A DNA stretch of 64,000 nucleotides from a virus, in the IMG/VR virus record IMGVR_UViG_3300025011_000038, positions 5,949 to 69,948 of that record, one strand, 5' to 3'. Positions 9,001-17,871 of this stretch are shown one piece after another; within the stretch, counting starts at the first letter, position 1, and every line of letters starts with the position of its first letter. A program made the translations under genes and the position numbers. The notes beneath the pieces were generated by a model. The model saw only the letters and a program-made list of their open reading frames with translations. It was not told the origin of the DNA and did no database searches.

Positions 9001-11728
9001 CGACCTTACAATTCCATGCTCTTTCATTACTTCAGTAAATTCTTCTTCCGCACAAACTGCCCATGACCAAAATCTCGGCGGTGTATTTGCGCTACCCTTG
9101 CAGATTATAATTTTCATTAGAATAGCCCCCTCATTTAGTCTTAACTCAGCCATCCTGCCGGATAACTCAGGTAAAACTGGGGTTTATGGTTAACCCCTAA
9201 CCTTTATATAGTTATGACCCCAGGTTGATTTGTCCGTAACGTCAACAGTCTTATGATAGTATTTACCTGTACTTCTGTCGTGCAAGTATTGTGAAGTGTA
9301 ATATCCTGTTAGCATTTCAGACATGCAGAACATTTCGACATTATCTATGGTAGTCCATTTTATCGGCGGTAATATGGTTAGCATTTCTTCAAATCTTTCC
9401 GAGGTTATTTCTGTTAATGGTTGGTTAATATAGCAATCTCTTTCCATTTGCAGGTATTCGTTAAAAGTCATAATCTTATATTTTTTATTTTGTGCTTGGC
9501 TTAAATAAGTTTTGAATTGCTCGGTGTCAGGATAATTCTTACAATGATTTGCCCAGGTTTCAATATCTTTTTCGTTGCTTTCAATGGCTCTTACTAATAC
9601 TTCTTCCGCTTGTTCCTGACTGTTGGCAAAATTAAATATACCAATTCCTACGGTGTCAACTATACATAATTCATTTTTCATCTTATCGCCCTCCATGTTA
9701 TAATATTGGTGAATATATTTTTACCTGCTCCCCGGTTTTACTGCTCGCAGCAGCTACCGGGGAGTTTTAATTTTTAGCAGGCATATTTTCCTAGTACAGT
9801 TTCAGTTATATTTTCCTTCCAGTTTTCATTGTTTGTTATTGACCAGTGTTTATTGTATCCGTTGAAATGCCGCAACAAGTGAAGCATTTCCGGGTTATCT
9901 TGGTCAACCCACAAAGAGAGGTTAGGGTATTGTTTGCCTTCGCTTTTTTCTAACTCGTAAAAATGCGCTTTAATTTCTTCTGCGCGTGCGGTGAGTTCTG
10001 CGTTAAACTTAAATTTATCTCCGAAGTTGTGACCGCCACCATCTTTGAAAACTCTATAACCGGCCAGATCTGGAAGTATAACAACCTCGTCAAAACTGCA
10101 TCCCAGTGAGTTTACAATATTAAGTATTTCGGCTTTGTTATACTCAAATGTTTGCCTCATGTCTTTTATGCTGTGTTTGTTACAATCGTCGTCGCCCTTA
10201 ATATAATGGCAATGGTCAACGAATCCGGCATATGCAAACTGCTTAATGCTTTTCGAGCTGCTTTTCGTTATAATGCGGCAATTCTCAACCATTCCGCGCG
10301 GTACACTTCCGGCACCTTCAAAATATAAAGTTTTCATTGTTATATCCTCCCTTAATTTTAGTTTAGATTTTAACTCCACACCCGGCAGGATGCAGAGGTA
10401 AAACCTAACCGGAGTTAGGCAATATAGATTCTCTTGCCGTAAAAATTAAAATAGATTCCTTGTTTGCTTTGGTATGTTTGTAATCCGTATAACCTGTCGA
10501 AGTTGAAATATATCTTATTTTCGTTTATCGTTCCTTCTGTTTCAACCTCTTTATGACTGTTATCATCAAACAGGAGAAACGTAACTCTCTGTACTACTGT
10601 TAATTCCTGTGTTCCTCTGTATGCTCGTTCTTCTGTTTCGATGCTCAGTTTTAGCTTTTCGGCAACTTCGCCATATGTACCTTTATACTTGTAGGTATTC
10701 CCTGTTGCGCTATAACTAACATGTACGCCGCCAGATGCTTTCTTGATGCTGCCGTTAGGGTTTTTAGTTAGGAACGCCTTTTCTAGTTCGGCAAACTTGG
10801 TTATTTGTTTCATGCTATCTTCCTCCTAGTTTAAGTTTTACCTCAAAGTCGCGCTCTCAGGTAAAACCTAAACCTTAACCCCTTTTCTGCACCTCTAGTC
10901 GCGTTCGCTTCGGGTCCAGTGTTCGCTTGCCTTGGCTGGCCCTTTCGGATATGCCAACTTCGCCGGTTCGCGCTGTGGGGTTTCTGTATTCTGTTGGTCG
11001 GTTGTTGCTGTCGGTGCGCTGGCTGTCATCATCAGAGCAGGTAGCCAATCCTGCTGACCGCCGAAGCGGTTTCGACTTATATTTTTTCTTTCATCGGTAC
11101 TAAGACTGCGCCGTTTTCCAGGTCGGGGTGGTAATCGTGCCAACTTTCGGTTACTTTGTAATATTTGCCGTCCATCGTGACCACGTTCTGACCTCTGTGT
11201 AGTACTGGGATGTTCATTTCGTCTGTTACGTTCTCAAAAGGACGTTTGCGGCCTTCTTGTGGGTTCCAGTTTACCCGAACATCGTTACCTGCTGCTCTTT
11301 CAAATCTATTTCTTGCCATTTGCGCGTCCCCCTCGTATTTAGTTTTACTTACCACCTCTCCCCGGAGGGAGAACGCTTCGGGCTTAAGGTTGTTTATACT
11401 CACCCGAATGAGTTTAGTATCTTCCGCCCTCAATTATGAGTTCCAGGGTGTCCTGCTTCATGTTGCGCTTTAGTGTCGCCTTGCTTCTGTTGTCCTTTAC
11501 CTCCTCCTTCCAGTCAATTCCCATTCTGCGGAAGTAAAGTGTTACCTCTCTTATATCGCCTGCCAGCAAGTCCTTCCATGAGTAGTCGAAGAAAACAAGT
11601 AAGTCGGTGCAGTAACAGTCACACTGCTTTACTGCTTCGCGCATCAACGCTTCTTTAATTGGTTGCGTGTTTTGCTCTTCCCCGTGAGAATTGCAAACCT
11701 GACTTTCGATAATGTGTACTTTCGGCAT
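6015..11728 (-). CDS. Early/host-takeover-like operon of small hypothetical genes (6015..~6377, 6445..6651, 6910..7161, 7226..7570, 7689..7925, 8000..8212, 8279..8470, 8540..8935, 8950..9117, 9190..9681, 9774..10337, 10415..10813, 11077..11433, 11414..11728)
   Basis: All leftward, most with strong GGAGG RBS; several starts corrected to the RBS-supported ATG. Confidence 0.8.
7636..10873 (-). repeat. Dispersed family of ~42-nt imperfect intergenic hairpins (AGTTTTACC...GGTAAAACT-like)
   Basis: Copies at 7636-7676, 7943-7984, 8231-8272, 8490-8531, 9137-9178, 10361-10409, 10829-10873. Confidence 0.9.
9190..9681 (-). CDS. DUF1419-like protein
   Basis: EITSERFEEMLTILPP...FCMSEMLTG motif. Confidence 0.55.
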   Translation of the reverse strand: MKNELCIVDTVGIGIFNFANSQEQAEEVLVRAIESNEKDIETWANHCKNYPDTEQFKTYLSQAQNKKYKIMTFNEYLQMERDCYINQPLTEITSERFEEMLTILPPIKWTTIDNVEMFCMSEMLTGYYTSQYLHDRSTGKYYHKTVDVTDKSTWGHNYIKVRG

Positions 11729-11780
11729 GTTATCCGCTCCTTCGTATTTAGTTTTTCGTGTTGCCGTTTTCCATGTGCTT

Positions 11781-11810
11781 ATTATATTCTATGGGTATCC
11801 ATATCGTCTA
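11781..11810 (-). promoter_or_regulatory. Early-operon promoter with operator in spacer
   Basis: TAGACG-18-TATAAT on minus; near-palindrome ATGGGTATCCAT at 11791-11802. Confidence 0.55.
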
Positions 11811-11858
11811 GCCTGATTTAGTCTGATATTCAGCCATTTATGGGCATCCACATTAGCT

Positions 11859-12062
11859 TTACTCTTGGATATTAGCTGTATCTGCCTTTTTCAGCGTTTT
11901 TTGAAATTCTGCAATTTCTTTTTCAATAGCTTTTCTGGCTATGTCTGATGCCGTTAAGCCAGTAGATACGGCAATTTCAGCTAGTTTTGCCTTTTCTCCT
12001 AGCGGTAATCTGAGATTGAAACTTTCCCAGTTATCGCGGTATTTTTCTTTTTTCTTTTTCAT
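11859..12062 (-). CDS. Ribbon-helix-helix repressor
   Basis: SFNLRLPLGEKAKLAEIAVSTGLTASDIARKAIEKEI RHH pattern. Confidence 0.8.
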   Translation of the reverse strand: MKKKKEKYRDNWESFNLRLPLGEKAKLAEIAVSTGLTASDIARKAIEKEIAEFQKTLKKADTANIQE

Positions 12063-12250
12063 TCGTTCGTCACCTCCGATAAGTATAGTATATCATATGG
12101 GTATCCACTATGGCAACCCAGAGGGAAGGGTAATGTTTTCCGCATATATGTTTGCAAAATGTTTCCGTTGACAGTCTATATTTATTGTGATTTCGCTAGA
12201 AACGATATATAATTTATATAGATTTCGCTGAGAATATTGGAGGCGTAAAA

Positions 12251-12697
12251 ATGACTGATTACATAGAGCAAGCGGAGAGAGTACTGGAGTTTTACCAGGA
12301 TATGAAACTTGCCGTTGAAAATATGGACAGGCAGATCCGGAGATTGTCTTTGTCAACTTGTCCTCGGAATATGAGAGCGTCTGTGATAGATGAAACCGGA
12401 GTAAGAGGCAGTCGGAACGATAATACCGGCTTTTTGTTTAACAACTTGCTAGAAATGCAAGAGAACCGGGAATTGACGGTACAGCAACTGAGAGAGATTG
12501 ACGAGACTCTTGAGGCAATATCACGGCCGGAGAAATGCGAATATTACGGCCGTATTTTAAGGTTATGGTATATTGAAGGGAAAACGAAAGAACGAATTGC
12601 GGAATTGATGAATTATAGCGAAAAGAGCGTTTACAATAAGAGGAAACTTGCTATTGAAAAGTTTTCCGTGCAGATGTTTGGAAGTGCTGCGCTATGA
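12251..12697 (+). CDS. RinA/ArpU-like late transcriptional activator (sigma70 region-4-like HTH)
   Basis: ILRLWYIEGKTKERIAELMNYSEKSVYNKRKLAIEKF; lies upstream of packaging genes. Confidence 0.85.
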   Translation: MTDYIEQAERVLEFYQDMKLAVENMDRQIRRLSLSTCPRNMRASVIDETGVRGSRNDNTGFLFNNLLEMQENRELTVQQLREIDETLEAISRPEKCEYYGRILRLWYIEGKTKERIAELMNYSEKSVYNKRKLAIEKFSVQMFGSAAL

Positions 12698-12866
12698 TAT
12701 TACAGAGAATAGAAAAGTGTTTATGGCGCATATCGTATATTTGTTTATCTTTGGCCGCTGTTATGGATTTGTTGGATGGATAAATTGCAAAAACTTTACC
12801 TGTTGTTTTCCTACCGTATGCGGTAATATGTTACTATAGGAAAGTTGTAATTTGAGGTGAATTGGC

Positions 12867-13376
12867 GTGTCTGACAAGGATATTGTGTTAAAAGAATTCG
12901 CTAAAACAGCATCCAGACTGCAAAATAGGGGCGTTGATTTAACAAATACTTATTTCGGCTGTCGGGAAGATATATCGAAGGAGCAAGATCGCATACTCTG
13001 GAAGCCGGACAAGAAGTTCGTAAAGGTATTTCCGGATGAATTGGCAAACGTGGTTCTCGCTTTAGATGAAGAAGGTAAGCGCTTAAGCGGTGCAGAGTTA
13101 GCTATTACAATGCTGTTGATTGGACATATCAGTTATGACAGCGGAATGTTGACCAAAGGTGGAGGAAATCAGTTAACGCATGCAGACATTGAAAGAATAA
13201 CCGGATTTAATAAAATGACGGTTGTTAAATCAATGGACAAGTTAGTTAAAAAGAAGGTATTTTCTCGGAATAAGGTTGGCAACAGGTATCAATACTTCGC
13301 AAATCCTTATATTTTCTTTCGTGGTCGGTTCGTAAATGCTACTCTTGTAGATATGTTCAAAAGTTATATTAGTTAG
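12867..13376 (+). CDS. repL: RepL-like replication/maintenance protein
   Basis: KFVKVF...LTHADIERITGFNKMTVVKSMDKLVKK...YFANPYIFFRG matches the Firmicute RepL pattern. Confidence 0.75.
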   Translation: MSDKDIVLKEFAKTASRLQNRGVDLTNTYFGCREDISKEQDRILWKPDKKFVKVFPDELANVVLALDEEGKRLSGAELAITMLLIGHISYDSGMLTKGGGNQLTHADIERITGFNKMTVVKSMDKLVKKKVFSRNKVGNRYQYFANPYIFFRGRFVNATLVDMFKSYIS

Positions 13377-13468
13377 TTTTTACGTATCTTAGAGTTATAA
13401 GAGGAGTCTAAGTCCTTAAAAATGTCGCTCATGCCTTGTAGTTATTAGTGTGAGACAACATATTGATA

Positions 13469-13524
13469 GTATTACTGTAGGCATACTAGATCGCCAATCT
13501 TGTATTACTGTAGGCATACTAGAT
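13469..13524 (+). repeat. Two perfect 23-bp direct repeats (iteron-like)
   Basis: GTATTACTGTAGGCATACTAGAT at 13469-13491 and 13502-13524. Confidence 0.9.
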
Positions 13525-13658
13525 TAAATGCCTTTTAGGTCAGTAGTATCAACGCCTGAGAGGTGTTTTTTTGTTAATAGATGCCTCTTATTACTCTAAA
13601 GTGTTTTGGTGCTTTGTTTAAGGTTATGAAATCAAGTTAATTTTAGGAGTGTGCTTAA

Positions 13659-13784
13659 ATGTATGGAAGCGAAGGTTTAGACGGTATTTGGACGTTGGCA
13701 AAGATAGGATTGTTTTTTATTGGACTTTCTGTTATTGGTGTTGTTGGATTTAGCGGTTATTTGCTGTTTAAGTTGTTTAATTAA
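13659..13784 (+). CDS. 41-aa single-TM peptide (not in ORF track)
   Basis: AGGAG RBS; MYGSEGLDGIWTLAKIGLFFIGLSVIGVVGFSGYLLFKLFN. Confidence 0.65.
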   Translation: MYGSEGLDGIWTLAKIGLFFIGLSVIGVVGFSGYLLFKLFN

Positions 13785-13877
13785 CCTGCAGCTACAAAAC
13801 CACCTGCAATGTGATTATCTCCGCTGTATGAGACTGTGAGAGGTGTTAAATAAAAGAAAAAACCGCTGTGTTAGCGG

Positions 13878-14051
13878 TTAGATGTAGTCATTAATATTTA
13901 ATCCGTGACTTGCTAGAAAGTTTCTATATTGTTCTGTCATTTCTAAGGACAAACTTATTAAATTATGATTATCTCTGCCACATTTGCACCAAGACTCATA
14001 TTCGCGTATCCATCCCTTTTCGATATCGGATAGGTTGTTGTATGTTTTCAT
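13878..14051 (-). CDS. 57-aa hypothetical protein (not in ORF track)
   Basis: AAGGAG RBS, TAATG coupling to upstream RHH gene; MKTYNNLSDIEKGWIREYE... Confidence 0.65.
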   Translation of the reverse strand: MKTYNNLSDIEKGWIREYESWCKCGRDNHNLISLSLEMTEQYRNFLASHGLNINDYI

Positions 14052-14215
14052 TATTTTTCAGTCTCCTTTTTAATTATATTTCGGATATACTCACTGACTG
14101 TTACCTCTTGCTCTGAGGACAGTTGTTGGAGTTGTTGCCATTCTTGGTTGCTGAACTTAATTGAGTGATTTTTTCTAAGTGTTTCCGTTAGTTTGGGGCG
14201 ACCTACTTTCGACAT
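14051..14215 (-). CDS. Ribbon-helix-helix protein, 54 aa (not in ORF track)
   Basis: GGAGGT RBS; MSKVGRPKLTETLRKNHSIKFSNQEWQQLQQLSSEQEVTVSEYIRNIIKKETEK. Confidence 0.8.
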   Translation of the reverse strand: MSKVGRPKLTETLRKNHSIKFSNQEWQQLQQLSSEQEVTVSEYIRNIIKKETEK

Positions 14216-14228
14216 GTTTACCTCCTAT

Positions 14229-14447
14229 TTAACTGATTTTGTAAATGTAGTAGATTAAACCTTCGGTGCTTTCATACTCAAATATTTGCGGTACGTTCTC
14301 TAATTTACTGATGTGGTGCTGAATGTAATCGTCCTCGGCATCGTCTGAGATTAGAAAACTATTGCCAGTTACGTTGTTGCGTATGTGGTTAGCGATTTCG
14401 TTTTGGATACTGTTGTGGTTTATGGATGCGGTGAAGGTAAATTTCAT
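14229..14447 (-). CDS. Hypothetical protein
   Basis: GGAGGAG RBS. Confidence 0.7.
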   Translation of the reverse strand: MKFTFTASINHNSIQNEIANHIRNNVTGNSFLISDDAEDDYIQHHISKLENVPQIFEYESTEGLIYYIYKIS

Positions 14448-14596
14448 GTGTTTACTCCTCCTTAATTTTCGTGTGGATGTTTATTAATTAGAGTATACAG
14501 GATGATTGAATTATTGTCAACACGTTTTTTATTGTTTTTTTTTGAGAATTGAGTTTTGCTTGCATTTGTGGGCAGAACTGAGTTTTTAGGAAGGAA

Positions 14597-14785
14597 GTGA
14601 GTTTTGTGAGGTTTAGCTGTAATGATTGTAGGCATAACGAGGTTTGTAAATATCGGGATGATTATAAAAAGGCTGTTGAATCGGTTAAGAAAATAGAGAT
14701 TGCGGATAACTTTAGCGTAGAGGTTAATTGCAAGTATTATCGGAGTGAACAGAATAGCTTTTTAAGAAATCAATATATGGTGTAA
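14597..14785 (+). CDS. Small Cys-rich hypothetical protein
   Basis: CxxC...C...C ORF with AGGAAGG RBS. Confidence 0.65.
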   Translation: MSFVRFSCNDCRHNEVCKYRDDYKKAVESVKKIEIADNFSVEVNCKYYRSEQNSFLRNQYMV

Positions 14786-14825
14786 ATGTAGTTTATTTAT
14801 AGAAGTATTGAAATGAGGTGAGAAG

Positions 14826-15254
14826 ATGAAAATTCCGAAGGTTGGTAGACCGCTGAAATTTCAGAGCGTTGAGGAAATGGAAAAGTTAATCAATACTTAT
14901 TTTGATAGCTGTTTTAAGATAAATGAGGAAACGGGAGAAGCGGAGCAGATTGAACCGTTTACCGTAACGGGATTGGCTTTAGCTGTTGGAACGGATAGGA
15001 AGGGATTGTGTGAGTACGCTGAAAGGCCAGAATTTAGCAACACGATTAAAAAAGCTAAGGCTTACATAGAGCAATATGCGGAGAAATCAGCTTATACTGC
15101 CCGAAATCCAGCAGGGCCATTATTTATACTGAAAAACTTCGGTTGGAGCGATACTCAAAAGATAGAAATGACCGGAAAAGACGGTGGCCCTGTAGAAATG
15201 GAGCTTACTTCCGCAGAGTTAGCCCGGAAAGCCAAAGAAGTACTTGGACAGTAG
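14826..15254 (+). CDS. terS: Terminase small subunit
   Basis: GRPLKF..EEMEKLINTYF...PFTVTGLALAVG...YAERPEFSNTIKKAK...FILKNFGWSD..KIEMTGKDGGPV. Confidence 0.9.
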   Translation: MKIPKVGRPLKFQSVEEMEKLINTYFDSCFKINEETGEAEQIEPFTVTGLALAVGTDRKGLCEYAERPEFSNTIKKAKAYIEQYAEKSAYTARNPAGPLFILKNFGWSDTQKIEMTGKDGGPVEMELTSAELARKAKEVLGQ

Positions 15255-15283
15255 TATGGCTATGTACGCGCTGTATATAGTTT

Positions 15284-15311
15284 GGTTCCTATAATAAGTG
15301 TTATGTCAACC
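15284..15311 (+). other. dif: dif-like XerC/XerD recombination site
   Basis: GGTTCCTATAA-TAAGTG-TTATGTCAACC: 11-6-11 layout, close to B. subtilis dif ACTTCCTAGAA-TATATA-TTATGTAAACT. Confidence 0.8.
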
Positions 15312-15663
15312 AGTGAAACGGATAAAAGCCCGTAAACACTGGTTTTTTCTATTTGACCACAAATATCCATAGTAAAAACGGAACCAAAAGCCCAAAAGTC
15401 CACCCCAAAAAGACAATCTACCATTTATTGTAGTAGTCGCAATGCTAGGGTTGTGACACTATATTGTGCTGTTGTACTGGTGTGTGCGCTAGGCTGTAGG
15501 TGTGGGTATGTGATCACCCCCCCCTATGAGACAATCGATACCGGGGGTGGGTTCGCATTATAGTATATAGTACCGTCACATATAGAAGTCAATTAAGCAA
15601 TTTTAATATCGTACCTTCATAGACATAATACACATCTATCTAATTAAGAAAGGAGAACCTAAG

Positions 15664-16456
15664 ATGCCCAAAATCAAGACTATCAAAATCAGTCAATACG
15701 AACTAACACTATCTCCAGATGAAATGACTGAACTATGGTGCATTATGTCCGATTTACATAATGGGATAAAACCAAAACAATTAGTCACAAGAAAATGGTA
15801 TGACATTCTTGAAGATGTTAGACCTGGTGGCGGTTTTGAACAAAGAGAATACATTGACTAACCGAGAACGGGGGTACTAACCATTGAAAGAAGATGAAAA
15901 GCAATTCTTCCTACAGGTCGTTAATGGATGCACAAAACCATACAAAGATGGTTCACGCATTAGACCGAGAGACATTATCAACTCCGAAGGATTTACTATG
16001 CACTATAAGCGGTCATGGTACTTGCTGGGCAAATGGAGTGACAAAGGTTGGTATGATTATGGAGTAACTCTTGACTTAGGTTGGATAACTCTAAAAGGTT
16101 ATGAGGTTGCTGAATCTTTATTAAATTAACTACCCCCCTATCCCATTTCAGATTAGAAAAAACATTTTTCCGGCAACCTAAAATTTTTAAAAATTTCGCT
16201 ATAAATTCCGAGACTGAGAACAGGAGGTAATACATAAATGTGTGATCAATACAAACCAATAGAATCAAATCCCGATGCTAAGTCAAACGTCGATCCTTCT
16301 AAAACATTTACTGTTGGCAGGAAAGATATAGACTGCTATATTTCAGAAAAATTTCCTAGTTTCTTAAAAGAGACTCCCGAAAATATTAAACCTACCGTTA
16401 TACTTTGTCGTCCTGAGTTTCTTAAAGACGCTAAAAAGTTAGCCGGTATAAATTGA
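15664..16456 (+). CDS. Three hypothetical proteins (15664..15861, 15884..16129, 16238..16456)
   Basis: RBS-preceded co-oriented ORFs. Confidence 0.7.
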
Positions 16457-16472
16457 AACAGGCGGTGACAAT

Positions 16473-16739
16473 ATGCCTAAAACTCCTGCTTGGTCCAGAA
16501 AAGAAGGTAAGAATAAATCTGGAGGCCTAAACGAGAAAGGTCGTAAATCCTACGAAAAGGAAAATCCCGGTAGTAATCTTAAACCTCCCGTATCTAAGGA
16601 ACAAGCTAAAAAATCCCCTAAATCAGCGGCAAGAAGAAAGTCCTTCTGCGCCCGTATGGGTGGTATGCCGGGACCGATGAAGGATGAAAAGGGCATACCA
16701 ACGAGGAAAAAATTGGCCCTTGATAAATGGGACTGTTAA
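16473..16739 (+). CDS. Basic phage protein, DUF6321-like
   Basis: PAWSRKEGKNKSGGLNEKGRKSY...RRKSFCARMGG...ALDKWDC motif. Confidence 0.75.
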   Translation: MPKTPAWSRKEGKNKSGGLNEKGRKSYEKENPGSNLKPPVSKEQAKKSPKSAARRKSFCARMGGMPGPMKDEKGIPTRKKLALDKWDC

Positions 16740-16761
16740 ATTAACCGAGGACGGTGCGGAA

Positions 16762-16992
16762 ATGGTTAAAAACATCAAGGCATTAAGAGACAAGAAGAAT
16801 GGCAGGGTAACTATCGAAACGCTTGCCAATGGTATACATGAAGATGTTTTAAATGGAGAAGTAACTTCTCTAATTATTATACAAGTTGATAAAAATGACA
16901 GAGTCTATGCCGGTTGGTCAACTAACTCTCTGGAAGCGATAGGATTAATGCAGACAGGTATTGATCAAGTATTGCGGGCAATGAAAACTTAA
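16762..16992 (+). CDS. Hypothetical protein
   Basis: Likely start at MVKNIKAL within track ORF 16684..16992. Confidence 0.6.
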   Translation: MVKNIKALRDKKNGRVTIETLANGIHEDVLNGEVTSLIIIQVDKNDRVYAGWSTNSLEAIGLMQTGIDQVLRAMKT

Positions 16993-17012
16993 CATTCTAA
17001 GGAGGAATATCA

Positions 17013-17840
17013 ATGGCAAAAGAATATTCACATATCGGTAAACCTGTAGGCACAGAAGGTATTTTTGTAGGTACGGAAGGTTCTGAAATACAATTAGCAT
17101 CCGCAACAGGTGGTCTATATCAATCCGGTACGGCAGTAACCGCTAGTGCAGCAGAACTAAATATTATGGATGGAGTTACTGCGTCAGCGGCAGAGATAAA
17201 CCTTATTGACGGTTCCGTTGCAGGTACGGCAGTAGCATCTAAGGCGTTAGTATTGGGTGCAAATAAAAACGTAGACGTTCTTGCTGTTGCCGACTTAAAA
17301 CTTGGTGCGGCGGCAGGTACGTCAGTTACTTCTACCGCAGCAGAGTTGAATTTGCTGGATGGTTCTGTCACAGGTACTGCGGTAGCTAGTAAAGCATTGG
17401 TGCTGGGAACTAATAAGAATGTAGACGTTCTTGCTGTTGCTGACCTTAAATTAGGTGCAGGTGCAGGCACTTCTGTAACCTCTACTGCTGCTGAGTTAAA
17501 CATACTTGATGGTGTAACTATGACAGCAACACAGATTAACCTACTTACCCAAGGCGTAGAGGCAGGTTATAAAATTGCTCGCGGTACTGCTGCTGTAGAT
17601 GCAGCAAGTAAAGATATTGTAACTGGTCTAGCAACAGTTGTGGGTGTTGTTGCTTCTATGGTAGGCGATCCATCATTGACCCATATGTATTCAAGTGCAA
17701 CAGTTGGAGATCAGGCAGGCGCACCGGCAGCAGGCAGTATTAGAATAAAGTCTTGGAAACCGACAGCGACAGGTGATGTAACCCCTACCGCCGCATCTAG
17801 TCCGTTCGGTAATGTTGCGTGGATTGCTATCGGTACTTAA
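17013..17840 (+). CDS. Virion fibre/decoration protein with tandem repeats
   Basis: Repeated SAAELN(I/L)(L/M)DG motif and two ~50-aa near-identical units. Confidence 0.7.
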   Translation: MAKEYSHIGKPVGTEGIFVGTEGSEIQLASATGGLYQSGTAVTASAAELNIMDGVTASAAEINLIDGSVAGTAVASKALVLGANKNVDVLAVADLKLGAAAGTSVTSTAAELNLLDGSVTGTAVASKALVLGTNKNVDVLAVADLKLGAGAGTSVTSTAAELNILDGVTMTATQINLLTQGVEAGYKIARGTAAVDAASKDIVTGLATVVGVVASMVGDPSLTHMYSSATVGDQAGAPAAGSIRIKSWKPTATGDVTPTAASSPFGNVAWIAIGT

Positions 17841-17871
17841 ATAAAAGAGGTAAATAATAGCTGGTGAGAAC

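Noticed and set aside
7636-10873. CRISPR array or canonical integron attC array
   Set aside because: Repeats are separated by whole genes of variable length, lack clear RYYYAAC/GTTRRRY ends, and no cas or intI gene is present
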